A stretch of 64,000 bases of DNA from Candidatus Heimdallarchaeota archaeon (lineage in GTDB: Archaea; Asgardarchaeota; Heimdallarchaeia; Heimdallarchaeales; Heimdallarchaeaceae): the NCBI GenBank assembly GCA_019057375.1, contig DXJF01000011.1, positions 81,583 to 145,582 of the forward strand, read 5' to 3'. This document shows positions 10,601-20,859 of this stretch, piece after piece. Numbering within the stretch: the first letter of the stretch is position 1; each line of letters begins with the position of its first letter. The notes below the pieces were generated by a model. The model was given only the letters and a program-made list of their open reading frames with translations, was not told the DNA's origin and made no database searches. The position numbers and the translations under genes are program-made.

Positions 10601-12599
10601 TCATTTGACAGCTAAAGAAGCGGAAGTATATCAAAAATTCTTGAAAAAGGGATTGGGAGACCAAGATATAGTCATAACTAATTCTGACAGAGAATTTTTA
10701 CAAAGAGCATGGAAGAAGATACATGTTCAAGAAGATATTTTTCAAAGAAACAGTTCTAGCAATTTGCTGAGGGAATATTATGATAAGATATCAGATGCTC
10801 ACAACGGTTTTGATGATGTTGTGTTTGAGATAAAAAAAGAATTATTCAAAATATCCTTTTTGGAGTATAAAGTAGGTGATCGTGCAACTTACTATCCTTG
10901 GGAGTATATTCCTAAATTTGGATATCATTTGCTACGTAGAGAATTAAATGAAAAACAACTTCTTAAGTACATAGAAAAAAACCCAATAGTTGAATCTCTT
11001 TTTTCATCTCAATCAAATTTGGGGAAAAAGAAAGTTCCTTTAATCATTAGAAAGCTATACTACGACAGAAACAGGCAGTATCATATCATTGGAAATGATT
11101 GGTTAGTCAAATTCATGAATGGAGACTTTCAGAATGCTCTTTCTCATTTAGTCACTAAAGGTCTACTAACAAACAAACAGAAAAAGAGAATTACTGTGGG
11201 ATTATCGGAATTTAACCAATTGGTAGGTTTAGCTCAGAATGGACACACTTTTCGAGTTTTCGATAATACGAAAAAAATACAATTAGAATCTTGTGCAGAA
11301 ATAACATTAGGTGGAAAACAAATTATCTTATACCACGATTTCTTTTTACCTAAGTTTGAGATTAATCAAGAAAAAATCAGCATAAGTCTTCAAGGTTTTA
11401 ATAAGATAACAACTTCTAAACACAATCAATTGAACCTGCTAATTAAGAAAGAATACTTCCTCAGAGACGATCAAGAGGACAAGATTCTTGTTCTCTATGC
11501 TAAACTTAAAAGAGAATTTCTTTTAGATTTGATAAAATCTAAATTAATGGACCATTTACAGGTTTTATATGATAAAAGATATATTTCTGGACTTGATACA
11601 ATTACATCATCAGATTTTATTCCGTCTATTGATAAATTAAAAAAGCAACCCACAAGACAGAGGGGTATAGTTTGGTTTTATGATGATATTCAAGTTTCAC
11701 CTATTGATTTTCTTACTAACAAAAAATTCAAAGAAATTCTACAGGAAAAAGATGAAGAATTGCTATTTTCTAAATTAGCTTCATTACTAAGTGACACTGA
11801 AACTTTTTTTGAAGACGAAGGTAGAAAGCAATTTTCTATAGCTTATGAAGCCTATAAGAATGGACATTTCGATTTCTTTCTTTTTAATCAAAGTGTTAAT
11901 GAGATCTATAAACCTCCTACTTACTCTTTTAGGCAAGGTAATATTCCTAAAACTGGTGTTATATTAGTTGACCACAACAATAGAATAATCAACTTAATTT
12001 CCCCCTCAAAAGCTGTTAGTATTCTACTAGAAGAGGGTGATATATTGCTTAACTTTCCTTTTAGATGGGATTCACACTATGGTTATTTTGCATTCACCCA
12101 AAAAGGAAATAGAATGAGTAATGTTGCCAAGTCTTGGTATGATTGGTTGATTAAGGCAAATCTTCCCATTCCTTCAGGTTCCAGTGGTAGAATTCCTGAT
12201 ATATCAGTAATTGCAATGTTACTAGAGTGGTGGACAAGGCAAGAAAATTTTGTTATCAATAGGATTCTTTCAAACCAAGTTTTTATTGAGAGTTGTAGGA
12301 AACACAAAATTGTGGTTGATAAAGATTCTACAATGGTTATTGATTCAAAAAAGAATTCTTACAAACTTGCACGAGTTTCTGTTACTCAAACAGGAAATAT
12401 TAGACATAAAGAAAATTGGAAATATTACGCGTTTTATAATGACAAAATACGCACAGTTATTGATGTTCTTAAAGCTGCAATTTTTGATTTAGTTTTACAG
12501 AAAGGCAATATTTCTTCCGCTCAAATACCTGATTTGAGAAATTGGTTGAAGATAAATTGGTTGGAAGAATTTGAAAAACTGAAAGAATATTTCTTTTGA
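7656..12599 (+). CDS. 1647 aa multi-domain membrane protein of unknown function
   Basis: Signal peptide, ~520 aa beta-rich extracellular region, multiple TM helices (~aa 545-810), winged-helix-like segment, long soluble C-terminal region. Confidence 0.75.
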   Translation: MRNRIWLCKILLLASILCGGFLLINSEVEAEPGLRDVTTNALLPYDINFEFNFSGSEEVYNLHSNQIELGELNKLTLSFRVNGMSGSPGLKIVFIFMTIKVGFVVDRIFNDDTLHNLTETFLFPHNYSGSMDITVICSGSSTSTRNGFLTIFNSTKIEQMNIPTISEDSFSLPTSQDWVMFKGNIYSWNRGGITSAFYNYDEMALVSLNISFSSNYFQSIENVVEISLNGNFVAEDYFIEDLSNNIDIQFQPEIGLNLLSLNFSVSYSFNPIYISNISLFGSLFNYESSSSTSDSFSWESGFFSYSFDLSTLKPPGYYSEQVLHLTINYQCFGMKISSGINYFLKIGTSILEEGTISYLEQMYENNSLKIETFTTEYHNPLTFKIFGTSNGVGGLTILNSSTIEISHIGELTKQPLSRTIADERSVNGPSLAVSLSFYDVFQTYRIAAPVQLAVNFNTVSTYEHPFDLLTVTVKIDGVRVISKNVHILGFANFSKEFSLEHGYHEVRINFQFSGINTPLTVEQLKYQLALQIEEEITVSTALSYARQSTFYLLAFYALLYVLLDVKEINRERIKEKESSIREDSIEDANDDSRNLLRTALMVVVNISINLTPSVFFLLHGINYWFILPLSFFVALHFSIKILFSNFSKDAIVGFWNKTRDFFRDIYSLSGFLNKVTRSFGKLSFRSLTRLLVFAIAFLSFGLLFFLADNIPSNAVKEVWIVYALLLVCIVISSLTLFYTLHLVRDMAFIEDNLKRIKRLGYASITLVAGFLFVLISMLGTKLSLSSIWGFLSPILLFGIFRTTTKLGKISAKEEKLSFDDFLDKGMFFTDKKEMRKAVSFGINTRSTWEKKGYELQKHQIKGVIAYDYNPGDKINLYELAEKIKLPFKKTEELVQEIEKEVPRLGKYDPQSKIYTKSKENIIEAQEIQEKIVPDKYENEEKNVEMSKIPTKNISTKERFQKLLEEVVGESDEEKRRTLEYVNHLTAKEAEVYQKFLKKGLGDQDIVITNSDREFLQRAWKKIHVQEDIFQRNSSSNLLREYYDKISDAHNGFDDVVFEIKKELFKISFLEYKVGDRATYYPWEYIPKFGYHLLRRELNEKQLLKYIEKNPIVESLFSSQSNLGKKKVPLIIRKLYYDRNRQYHIIGNDWLVKFMNGDFQNALSHLVTKGLLTNKQKKRITVGLSEFNQLVGLAQNGHTFRVFDNTKKIQLESCAEITLGGKQIILYHDFFLPKFEINQEKISISLQGFNKITTSKHNQLNLLIKKEYFLRDDQEDKILVLYAKLKREFLLDLIKSKLMDHLQVLYDKRYISGLDTITSSDFIPSIDKLKKQPTRQRGIVWFYDDIQVSPIDFLTNKKFKEILQEKDEELLFSKLASLLSDTETFFEDEGRKQFSIAYEAYKNGHFDFFLFNQSVNEIYKPPTYSFRQGNIPKTGVILVDHNNRIINLISPSKAVSILLEEGDILLNFPFRWDSHYGYFAFTQKGNRMSNVAKSWYDWLIKANLPIPSGSSGRIPDISVIAMLLEWWTRQENFVINRILSNQVFIESCRKHKIVVDKDSTMVIDSKKNSYKLARVSVTQTGNIRHKENWKYYAFYNDKIRTVIDVLKAAIFDLVLQKGNISSAQIPDLRNWLKINWLEEFEKLKEYFF

Positions 12600-12625
12600 T
12601 ATTCAATTTGGGTGAAATAAAAAAG

Positions 12626-12685
12626 CCCCCAAAGAATACAAGAACCCCGAGAGAATGACACTACAGAAATAGAGAATATAAGGGG
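12626..12685 (-). repeat. 16S 3' processing-stem arm (copy 3, adjacent to the 16S gene)
   Basis: Plus strand CCCCCAAAGAATACAAGAACCCCGAGAGAATGACACTACAGAAATAGAGAA; pairs with 14391-14444 around the 16S. Confidence 0.85.
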
Positions 12686-12770
12686 ACTTCTTTCGAAGCC
12701 AGAGTTGGTCATAACAAGGCCTAAAAACAGGCCCTGCATGATCAAGGAATCCTTGAAGGATTCCAAACGT

Positions 12771-14281
<1,511 letters not shown>

Positions 14282-14390
14282 CCTGATTCGATTATGATAC
14301 GATCTATTTGCTATCTTCCATGAATTGAACTATTTTAGCGCACATACACGTACTAGTGTTTTTGTACATACTAAATTTTGTTCCTTAAAA

Positions 14391-14444
14391 TTCTCTAAAT
14401 TTCTGTAGCATCAGAACATCTCGGAGTTCTTGTTTTCCTTGGAG
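14391..14444 (-). other. 16S 5' processing-stem arm
   Basis: Complementary in the transcript to the arm downstream of the 16S. Confidence 0.8.
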
Positions 14445-14649
14445 GTGAGTGTAAAATTCATACAGTACTTTTTTATGTTTTGCAAGGGTTTTTTAAGTTA
14501 TCGTTCGACGGCTTATTGTAGTCAGCCTACAATAACTAATCTGCACTCTTACAATATGACTACTGTCTTTTCTCTTTTATTGGTTGCTATTTAAGAGTTT
14601 TTTGCCGCTATAAAAAATCAAACGTAAATTCAGAAGAATCAGTAAACGT

Positions 14650-14735
14650 AAAGGAGCGGATTCTTTTAGCCGAACCCGCTCTAAAGACATGGCTTAACAT
14701 CCACTCATCAGACGTGAGTCTGACTGTTCGTGGCA
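14650..14735 (-). ncRNA. Possible small structured RNA upstream of the 16S leader
   Basis: GC-rich island with hairpins TCAGAC/GTCTGA and GAGCGGGTTC/GAATCCGCTC; TATA-like TATATATA near 14760; family not recognised. Confidence 0.3.
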
Positions 14736-15087
14736 ATATACTTAGAAGAAGTTCGATATATATACTTTGCTCTTTTTTCTGTTATACATCTTCCAGAGTA
14801 TTCGTAGATTAGAGGCTTAAAGTCGGTAAAATAACTCTGAAAGTAATTGACACAATTTTTCTTTGGAAATTAATGATGATACTATAATATCAACTATGAG
14901 AAATAGAGGGTGGTGATAAGGAAAGGATAGTTTAGTTTTTTTTTAGCAAACGAGGAATCCCTATATTTCTTTTTTCCTCTGTTCTGATAGAAATTCTAGT
15001 TTAAGAGAAATTTAGCACAAAATTTCTTGTGAGGATATACGATCTTGTAAAACATTAACTATAACCTAGCTTAAAGAGATGAACCTA

Positions 15088-15146
15088 ATGAGATATTATG
15101 ACCAACAGATGATGACGACTGGTTACCCTCAGAATGGTTTCCTTAA
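15088..15146 (+). pseudogene. Micro-peptide B, MRYYD[P]TDDDDWLPSEWFP with a 1-nt deletion
   Basis: GACCAACAG versus GACCCAACAG in peptide C; restoring one C gives the family sequence ending CCT TAA. Confidence 0.75.
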
Positions 15147-15284
15147 ACTATTCTAATCTTACTTTTTTTATTCAGATAACCAATTTTAAGCGAAGATGTT
15201 TTATACCTTTTTCTCTTAAATTGTACAGAGTAAAACTATCAATTGACATCAAACCTTTGAGGAAAGGTATTGTGGGGATAAAGT

Positions 15285-16961
15285 ATGCTAGATACTGAAG
15301 AGTTTCGAGAAAGAAAAGAAAGAATTTTTCAGAATATTGGAAGTCTTAATACTTTATCTGATCTTAGTGACCATGTCTTGGATTTAGAACTCGTTTGTGC
15401 AAACGAAAGATCTTTGGAATTAGCGAACATTCTGAAGAAGACTATAATTGTAGCGAAAGAAATTGAGAATAATAACCTTTTGTATAAGTCATATAGACTG
15501 TATTTTCAGCAAATATTTTCATATGTTCAGAGATTGGATGAGGCTGAAGAAATAGTTAATTGCATGCAAACAATTGCAGAATCAAGTAATAACATAGAAC
15601 ATGAATCTCTTGTTTATTTTTCAAAAGCTCTTCTAATTAGAATTCATGGACTAATTGAAAAATCTGATGAACTTACAATTAAGGCAATGAGAAAAATAGA
15701 AAAAGGAAAGAAAATTTATCCCGATACATATTACCGTATTCTTTTTACTTATAATATGTTTATGTGGTATCGTGATAATGATTTTCCAGATGTTTTTTCT
15801 AATGTAGAAAAATGTGTTTCCTATTGGAAAGATACGTATCACACTTTACCTATGATTACAGGGATATTCAGATTACTTAGATTGTACATATTTTCAGGTA
15901 ATAGTGAAAAATTTAATAATTTAATGCAATGGATATTTGAGAAGGAAAGAATACAAGATAATTTAATTGATTATCATTTCACATTACTATATTCCTTCAT
16001 TGGTCGTATCCAAGCAATTCGATTGAATATCGACAAGGCTATAGATTTTTTATCTGAAGCATATCATAGAGTAATTTCTTCAAAATCTGAAGATATAATG
16101 ATGTACGAATATATTGAAATTCAGAAGTTATTGTGTAGAAGCTATGCATTTAAAGGAGAATTTCAAAAATCTTATCAAATCCTTATTGAGTTTCTAAATT
16201 TCGTTGAAAGTGATTTTGTTAAGCAGAATTATCAAACTTCAATGGTAAAAAGACTGTATTTTGGTGTATATTATACCCTGTTGTTTATTTTTGCTCAACT
16301 TGATGTTAATATTGATAATATAGCAGATACTCAGCTAAAGAGAATACACAATTATACAAAGAATCTTCTTGAAAAATCAAGAATTTCAGAGGATTTACTA
16401 ATAAGCAATTCTTTAGATGACAAACAATTGGATAAAATTAAAATAGAAAAAGATAAGAGACCTGTTGAGTTTGATTTATCTCTGTATCAACAGTTAAATT
16501 CTCTTAAGACACAAGCTGCTTCTGAAAATACAGTTAGTAACATAGAGTATCTGAGAGGTTATGTTTACAACCCCTTATATGCTGACATAATTTTGGGAAA
16601 GATTCATCTTTCCATTGGTAATTTTAGAGAATTTAAGAGTATAGTTAAACAAATGGAAAATAAGGAAAAAGAAGCTGATACTCCTGTTTTGATTCTTTGG
16701 ATAAAACTATATAGGTTGCTGTTTGAATACTTAGAAGATCCTGGAAATAAAGTGATATTATCAGAGTTTAGAAAATTGGAATCTTACTGCAAGAAAAATA
16801 ATTTCATCAAGATGTCAGAAGAAATTAACTTATACTTCAAACTAATAACTTCAACAAAAACAATCAATAACTTAACTCAAAAATTCCAACAAACAGCTTT
16901 TACTGATATTTATAATAAACAGTCAAAAAGAATGGTTGTTGAATATCTTGATAGTAAATAA
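15285..16961 (+). CDS. TPR-like all-helical protein 1 (558 aa), paralog of 45980..47554
   Basis: Amphipathic helix pairs; collinear similarity to the 524 aa protein; no catalytic or HTH motif recognised. Confidence 0.75.
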   Translation: MLDTEEFRERKERIFQNIGSLNTLSDLSDHVLDLELVCANERSLELANILKKTIIVAKEIENNNLLYKSYRLYFQQIFSYVQRLDEAEEIVNCMQTIAESSNNIEHESLVYFSKALLIRIHGLIEKSDELTIKAMRKIEKGKKIYPDTYYRILFTYNMFMWYRDNDFPDVFSNVEKCVSYWKDTYHTLPMITGIFRLLRLYIFSGNSEKFNNLMQWIFEKERIQDNLIDYHFTLLYSFIGRIQAIRLNIDKAIDFLSEAYHRVISSKSEDIMMYEYIEIQKLLCRSYAFKGEFQKSYQILIEFLNFVESDFVKQNYQTSMVKRLYFGVYYTLLFIFAQLDVNIDNIADTQLKRIHNYTKNLLEKSRISEDLLISNSLDDKQLDKIKIEKDKRPVEFDLSLYQQLNSLKTQAASENTVSNIEYLRGYVYNPLYADIILGKIHLSIGNFREFKSIVKQMENKEKEADTPVLILWIKLYRLLFEYLEDPGNKVILSEFRKLESYCKKNNFIKMSEEINLYFKLITSTKTINNLTQKFQQTAFTDIYNKQSKRMVVEYLDSK

Positions 16962-17019
16962 AACTCTTTTATTGAAATAAAAAAAACAAAAGAAAAATTC
17001 CAAAATGGATTCTTTTTGC

Positions 17020-17082
17020 TTAAGGGTACCATTCTGGGGGGAGGAAATCATCGTCGTCTGTTGGGTCGTAATATCTCATCAT
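17020..17082 (-). CDS. Micro-peptide C, MMRYYDPTDDDDFLPPEWYP
   Basis: Hand-translated; family motif; SD-like GAGATGA upstream; alternative in-frame ATG at 17088. Confidence 0.85.
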   Translation of the reverse strand: MMRYYDPTDDDDFLPPEWYP

Positions 17083-17267
17083 GTTCATCTCGGATAGTTT
17101 TACTGATATTTACCTCAAGAAAAGATAATAAACAAATCAGAAATTTCGTGTCAGAATCTTTTTGAAAAAGTATGATTTTTCACACTTTTTTTGGTATTTT
17201 TATATCCTAAGGTAGTATCCCCCTTGATTATCTCTTGTACTTTGAGTATTCTTAGAGAGGAAATACT

Positions 17268-20096
17268 ATGACTAAAAAGAAGAAATCTCAGTTTCGTTAT
17301 AGTTCCAATAAACAACAGCAAACTAGAACTAGAAGGATTATTAGAGCAATTCTTCCCTGGATCTGTGTAATTGTTCTTGGTTTTATTTCCTTTATATTTC
17401 TCTTTCCAGAGTTGGTGAAATTGTTTCCATCCGATTTTTTAATTTCTATAGCAGCATTCAGTGAAAATATAGCTCTTTTCTTGAAAGGTTTCTTTATTAC
17501 TCTCTTTACTAATTTAGTTTTTATTTCCTCGATTTTAGCTCTTCTTATATTTTTCATTGCGGTTAAATTATTACCTTTCTACAACATTGATGATACAGAA
17601 TTTTATACTCAGAAGAAATTGTTTTTACCCTTTTTTAGAAAGATTGGCGTAGTAATGGTTTCTTCCTCAACAGGAAACGGCAACAGTAATTACAGCAACA
17701 GTAGCTATGCTAATAAAATTCATGAATCTTTCATCAACTGTCTTTCATTGAGAACAAAAGATAGAATGTTAGCCATTTACAAACATACTACTGGAGTAAG
17801 CATATTTTTTCCAATTATTTCTAAAGGGTGGATAAAGAACAGAACTAATCAACGTTTAAATCGAGATATTATTTTCATTTCTAATTCGATTGATAGTCAT
17901 TATGATTGCAGAATCAAAACTTTGAATGGTGACCAGACTAAAGATCTTGTTCAAGCTCTGAATCAAATGAAAGCTAAGAGTAAAATTGAATCCTCTTCTG
18001 AGTTGATTACTCAATTTAATGTGACTGATCAAATGTATAACATCTTTGTTAAGAATGAAATAAAGGATACTTGTTTTATCATTAAAACAGATAAGAAAAG
18101 GAGAGAATCTAAGAAAATTGTTTTTGATCTTCTTCTTTTATCTGAAGACAATGCTACAGAATCATTTATTTTCAATGCCTCTGGTTTGTCTAAGAAGAAA
18201 AGAAAAGTTATAACACCTAACAAGAACTTTCATAGTCTAGTTTTCTCCCCAATTCGTAAGAAAGAATCTGTATTGATTGACGATATCGCTTCTTTAGTTC
18301 ATGTGCCTATGGCTTATAGAGGTGGTTCTTTACCAATTAGTGCTAAAAGAGATGGTCTAAGTTCTTCTATACTGAAGGATGAAGATAATGTTATTGTTGT
18401 AGGTAGAGCAATAGATGAAAATGATATGGGAAAGGAGATTTTTCTAAATGTGAAAGACCTCTTACTTAATGTTGAAATCCTAGGATCTATCGGCAGGGGG
18501 AAGACAAAACTAGTTTCATCAATTGTCGGTCAGCTATTTGAGAAGAAAATAAGTACACTAGTTTTTGACATTAAAGGTGAGTATGCTAGAACATTCACAG
18601 AAGACCCAAGAATCGAAATTTATACAATTGGAAAACCTCATCCTCTTTGCATAAATATTTTCGAAACAGTTGATGAAGATGATATCCATAATACTTTACT
18701 GATTATAGAGGAAATGTTACTTTCTTCAAATCAAGAGTTTACACCTGCTATGAAGAATCTATTTGAAAGTGCTCTCTTACTTACTCATAAAGCACCCAAA
18801 CGTAATTTACAAGTTTTTGTTGAAAACATTTTCAAGGTTTCAAGACAGCTGCAAGCTCATTCAAACATCACTTATTTACAACAAACTATTGATGCCGTTC
18901 TTAACAGATTAAATTTCATATTTAATCCAATAAATTTTGAAATCTTAGGTGCTATGAGAACAACTTTAGATCTTTCCCTTCTAGAAGGGGGTAGAAGTAT
19001 CATTTTGGATTTAAGCCAGTTCCAGAGAAGAGCGGCAAGACCTTCTGATATCTTTTTGGTATGCAATTTGGTACTTAAAATGCTCTATAGAAAAGCTTCT
19101 GCAAGAGAGATGACTAACAAATTACGATATGTAGTTGTTCTTGAAGAAGCCATCAATATTATTCCTAATTTCTATCATTCCGAAAGCTCTGCATCTTTGA
19201 TTACATCTGAAAACAATTTCTTACTTGGAAGATCTCTCGGAATCGGGCACATTACTATTACTCAGATGTGGCAAAGTGTTAGTAATATAGTTCATGGTAA
19301 CTCTGCTACAAAATTTGTATTCAGGTCAAGTGAAAAAACAGATCTCATAGTCAAAGCTTTAAATCTAGAAGAGGACGAGATCACTAAAATACAGAGTTTA
19401 CCAACACAACATTGTTTCTTATTCTTTGAAGGTTCAGATTCAGCTATACAAATTCGAACACTAAACTTAGCGACAGATCCAATCAGCTTTACTGAATATC
19501 AAACGAAAATGTTGAAAAAATATGGTAGAAGCGTTTTTCCTCTGCTATTTAATAACTTCATAGATATGCGAACTTCTATCTATCAACAGAGTAACGCGAA
19601 TATCGTTGGAAAAAACAAGAAATTTACTAGTAAAAGACAAGATTTAGCTCAAAACAAGTTAGATAATTTTCTGAAAGAAGAAGAATTGGAAATTGATTCT
19701 AATAAGAAAATGATTATTGAGAAGGACACTTTGGATTTCATTACTTCAGCAGGATTATTACCTGAAAACTTAATCTGCGAACAATTGTGTTTTCAGGAGG
19801 ATAGCGAGAAAAACTGCTTGAAGTATAATATGGGAGCAAAAGTTGTGAAATCTACTATACTCAATGAATGTTCCACTGAAGAGATTTCTATTATGCTTAC
19901 TGATGTGAGAGAACTTCATTCCTTGGTTTCCGCAATATCTACAAAGAGAAACCTTGAGTTCGATGAAAATCTAGTCTTTTGTACAGTAAAAACTTTGGTT
20001 GTGGACTTTATTTCAGAGAATATCCTAACTCCAAACGAAGCTTATAGTATTCTTACAAGATTCTCTCTTAGGATTAAAGAGACAATAAATACTTAA
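17268..20096 (+). CDS. Membrane-anchored HerA/FtsK/VirB4-like (DUF87-type) ATPase
   Basis: N-terminal TM helices; Walker A GSIGRGKT; VFDIKGEY; Walker B VVVLEEA; GRSLGIG...ITQ. Confidence 0.8.
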   Translation: MTKKKKSQFRYSSNKQQQTRTRRIIRAILPWICVIVLGFISFIFLFPELVKLFPSDFLISIAAFSENIALFLKGFFITLFTNLVFISSILALLIFFIAVKLLPFYNIDDTEFYTQKKLFLPFFRKIGVVMVSSSTGNGNSNYSNSSYANKIHESFINCLSLRTKDRMLAIYKHTTGVSIFFPIISKGWIKNRTNQRLNRDIIFISNSIDSHYDCRIKTLNGDQTKDLVQALNQMKAKSKIESSSELITQFNVTDQMYNIFVKNEIKDTCFIIKTDKKRRESKKIVFDLLLLSEDNATESFIFNASGLSKKKRKVITPNKNFHSLVFSPIRKKESVLIDDIASLVHVPMAYRGGSLPISAKRDGLSSSILKDEDNVIVVGRAIDENDMGKEIFLNVKDLLLNVEILGSIGRGKTKLVSSIVGQLFEKKISTLVFDIKGEYARTFTEDPRIEIYTIGKPHPLCINIFETVDEDDIHNTLLIIEEMLLSSNQEFTPAMKNLFESALLLTHKAPKRNLQVFVENIFKVSRQLQAHSNITYLQQTIDAVLNRLNFIFNPINFEILGAMRTTLDLSLLEGGRSIILDLSQFQRRAARPSDIFLVCNLVLKMLYRKASAREMTNKLRYVVVLEEAINIIPNFYHSESSASLITSENNFLLGRSLGIGHITITQMWQSVSNIVHGNSATKFVFRSSEKTDLIVKALNLEEDEITKIQSLPTQHCFLFFEGSDSAIQIRTLNLATDPISFTEYQTKMLKKYGRSVFPLLFNNFIDMRTSIYQQSNANIVGKNKKFTSKRQDLAQNKLDNFLKEEELEIDSNKKMIIEKDTLDFITSAGLLPENLICEQLCFQEDSEKNCLKYNMGAKVVKSTILNECSTEEISIMLTDVRELHSLVSAISTKRNLEFDENLVFCTVKTLVVDFISENILTPNEAYSILTRFSLRIKETINT

Positions 20097-20156
20097 TCAT
20101 ACTCTCGCATTTGATAAGATTTAAAAGCAGACATTCTTTTCTTCTCCTAAGTTCTG

Positions 20157-20195
20157 ACCACGCTGACCGTTGTCAATGGGCTTAACGGAAGTGGT
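20157..20195 (+). promoter_or_regulatory. Hairpin leader upstream of rpl1, possible autoregulatory site
   Basis: ACCAC-GCTGA-CCGTT...AACGG-AA-GTGGT, two helices with an asymmetric internal loop. Confidence 0.45.
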
Positions 20196-20209
20196 AGAGG
20201 CTGATACTT

Positions 20210-20851
20210 ATGGTAGAACAAGAACTTAAAATTGCAATTGAAAAAATGAAAAAAGATTCACCTGCTCGTCAGTTCGTTGAATCAGTTGATATGGCAATCA
20301 ATCTCAAAGATATCAATCTTCAAGATCCTTCAAAGAGGTTTCAGATGGATGTTAGACTCCCTCATCCTCTAGAGAAAGATATTAAGATTTGTGTGCTTGG
20401 AGAAGGGTCGCATCTAGTAGACGCTGAATCAGCAGGAGCAGCTAGAATCATCAATAAAGATGAATTGGACAACATTAGTAGAGAACCCAAGATAGCAAAG
20501 AAATTAGCCCAACAATATGATTTCTTTATCGCAACAGCTTCATTGATGCCAACTATTGGTAGAAGTTTGGGAAAATTCCTTGGTCCTCGCGGTAAAATGC
20601 CTAGACCTTTACCCCCAACTGCACCAATTGAACCACTCATCAATAGCTTTCAAACGACAATACAAGTCCGTTTGAGACAATCCCCTGTTATTCATGCTAG
20701 GATTGCTACTATAGCTATGGAAAATGATTCTATAGTTGAGAATGCATTGACTGTAGTAAGAAACGTTGAAAACAGACTCGAAAAAGGGGAAAATAACATA
20801 CGCACAATCTACATTAAAACTACAATGGGTCCCGCAATAAAAGTCAAGTAG
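20210..20851 (+). CDS. rpl1: Ribosomal protein uL1
   Basis: FVESVDMAINLK, LGPRGKMP, IKTTMGP motifs. Confidence 0.97.
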   Translation: MVEQELKIAIEKMKKDSPARQFVESVDMAINLKDINLQDPSKRFQMDVRLPHPLEKDIKICVLGEGSHLVDAESAGAARIINKDELDNISREPKIAKKLAQQYDFFIATASLMPTIGRSLGKFLGPRGKMPRPLPPTAPIEPLINSFQTTIQVRLRQSPVIHARIATIAMENDSIVENALTVVRNVENRLEKGENNIRTIYIKTTMGPAIKVK

Positions 20852-20859
20852 GTGACAAG

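Noticed and set aside
14690-14715. Hammerhead ribozyme suggested by CTGATGAG on the minus strand
   Set aside because: No GAAA after the putative stem II
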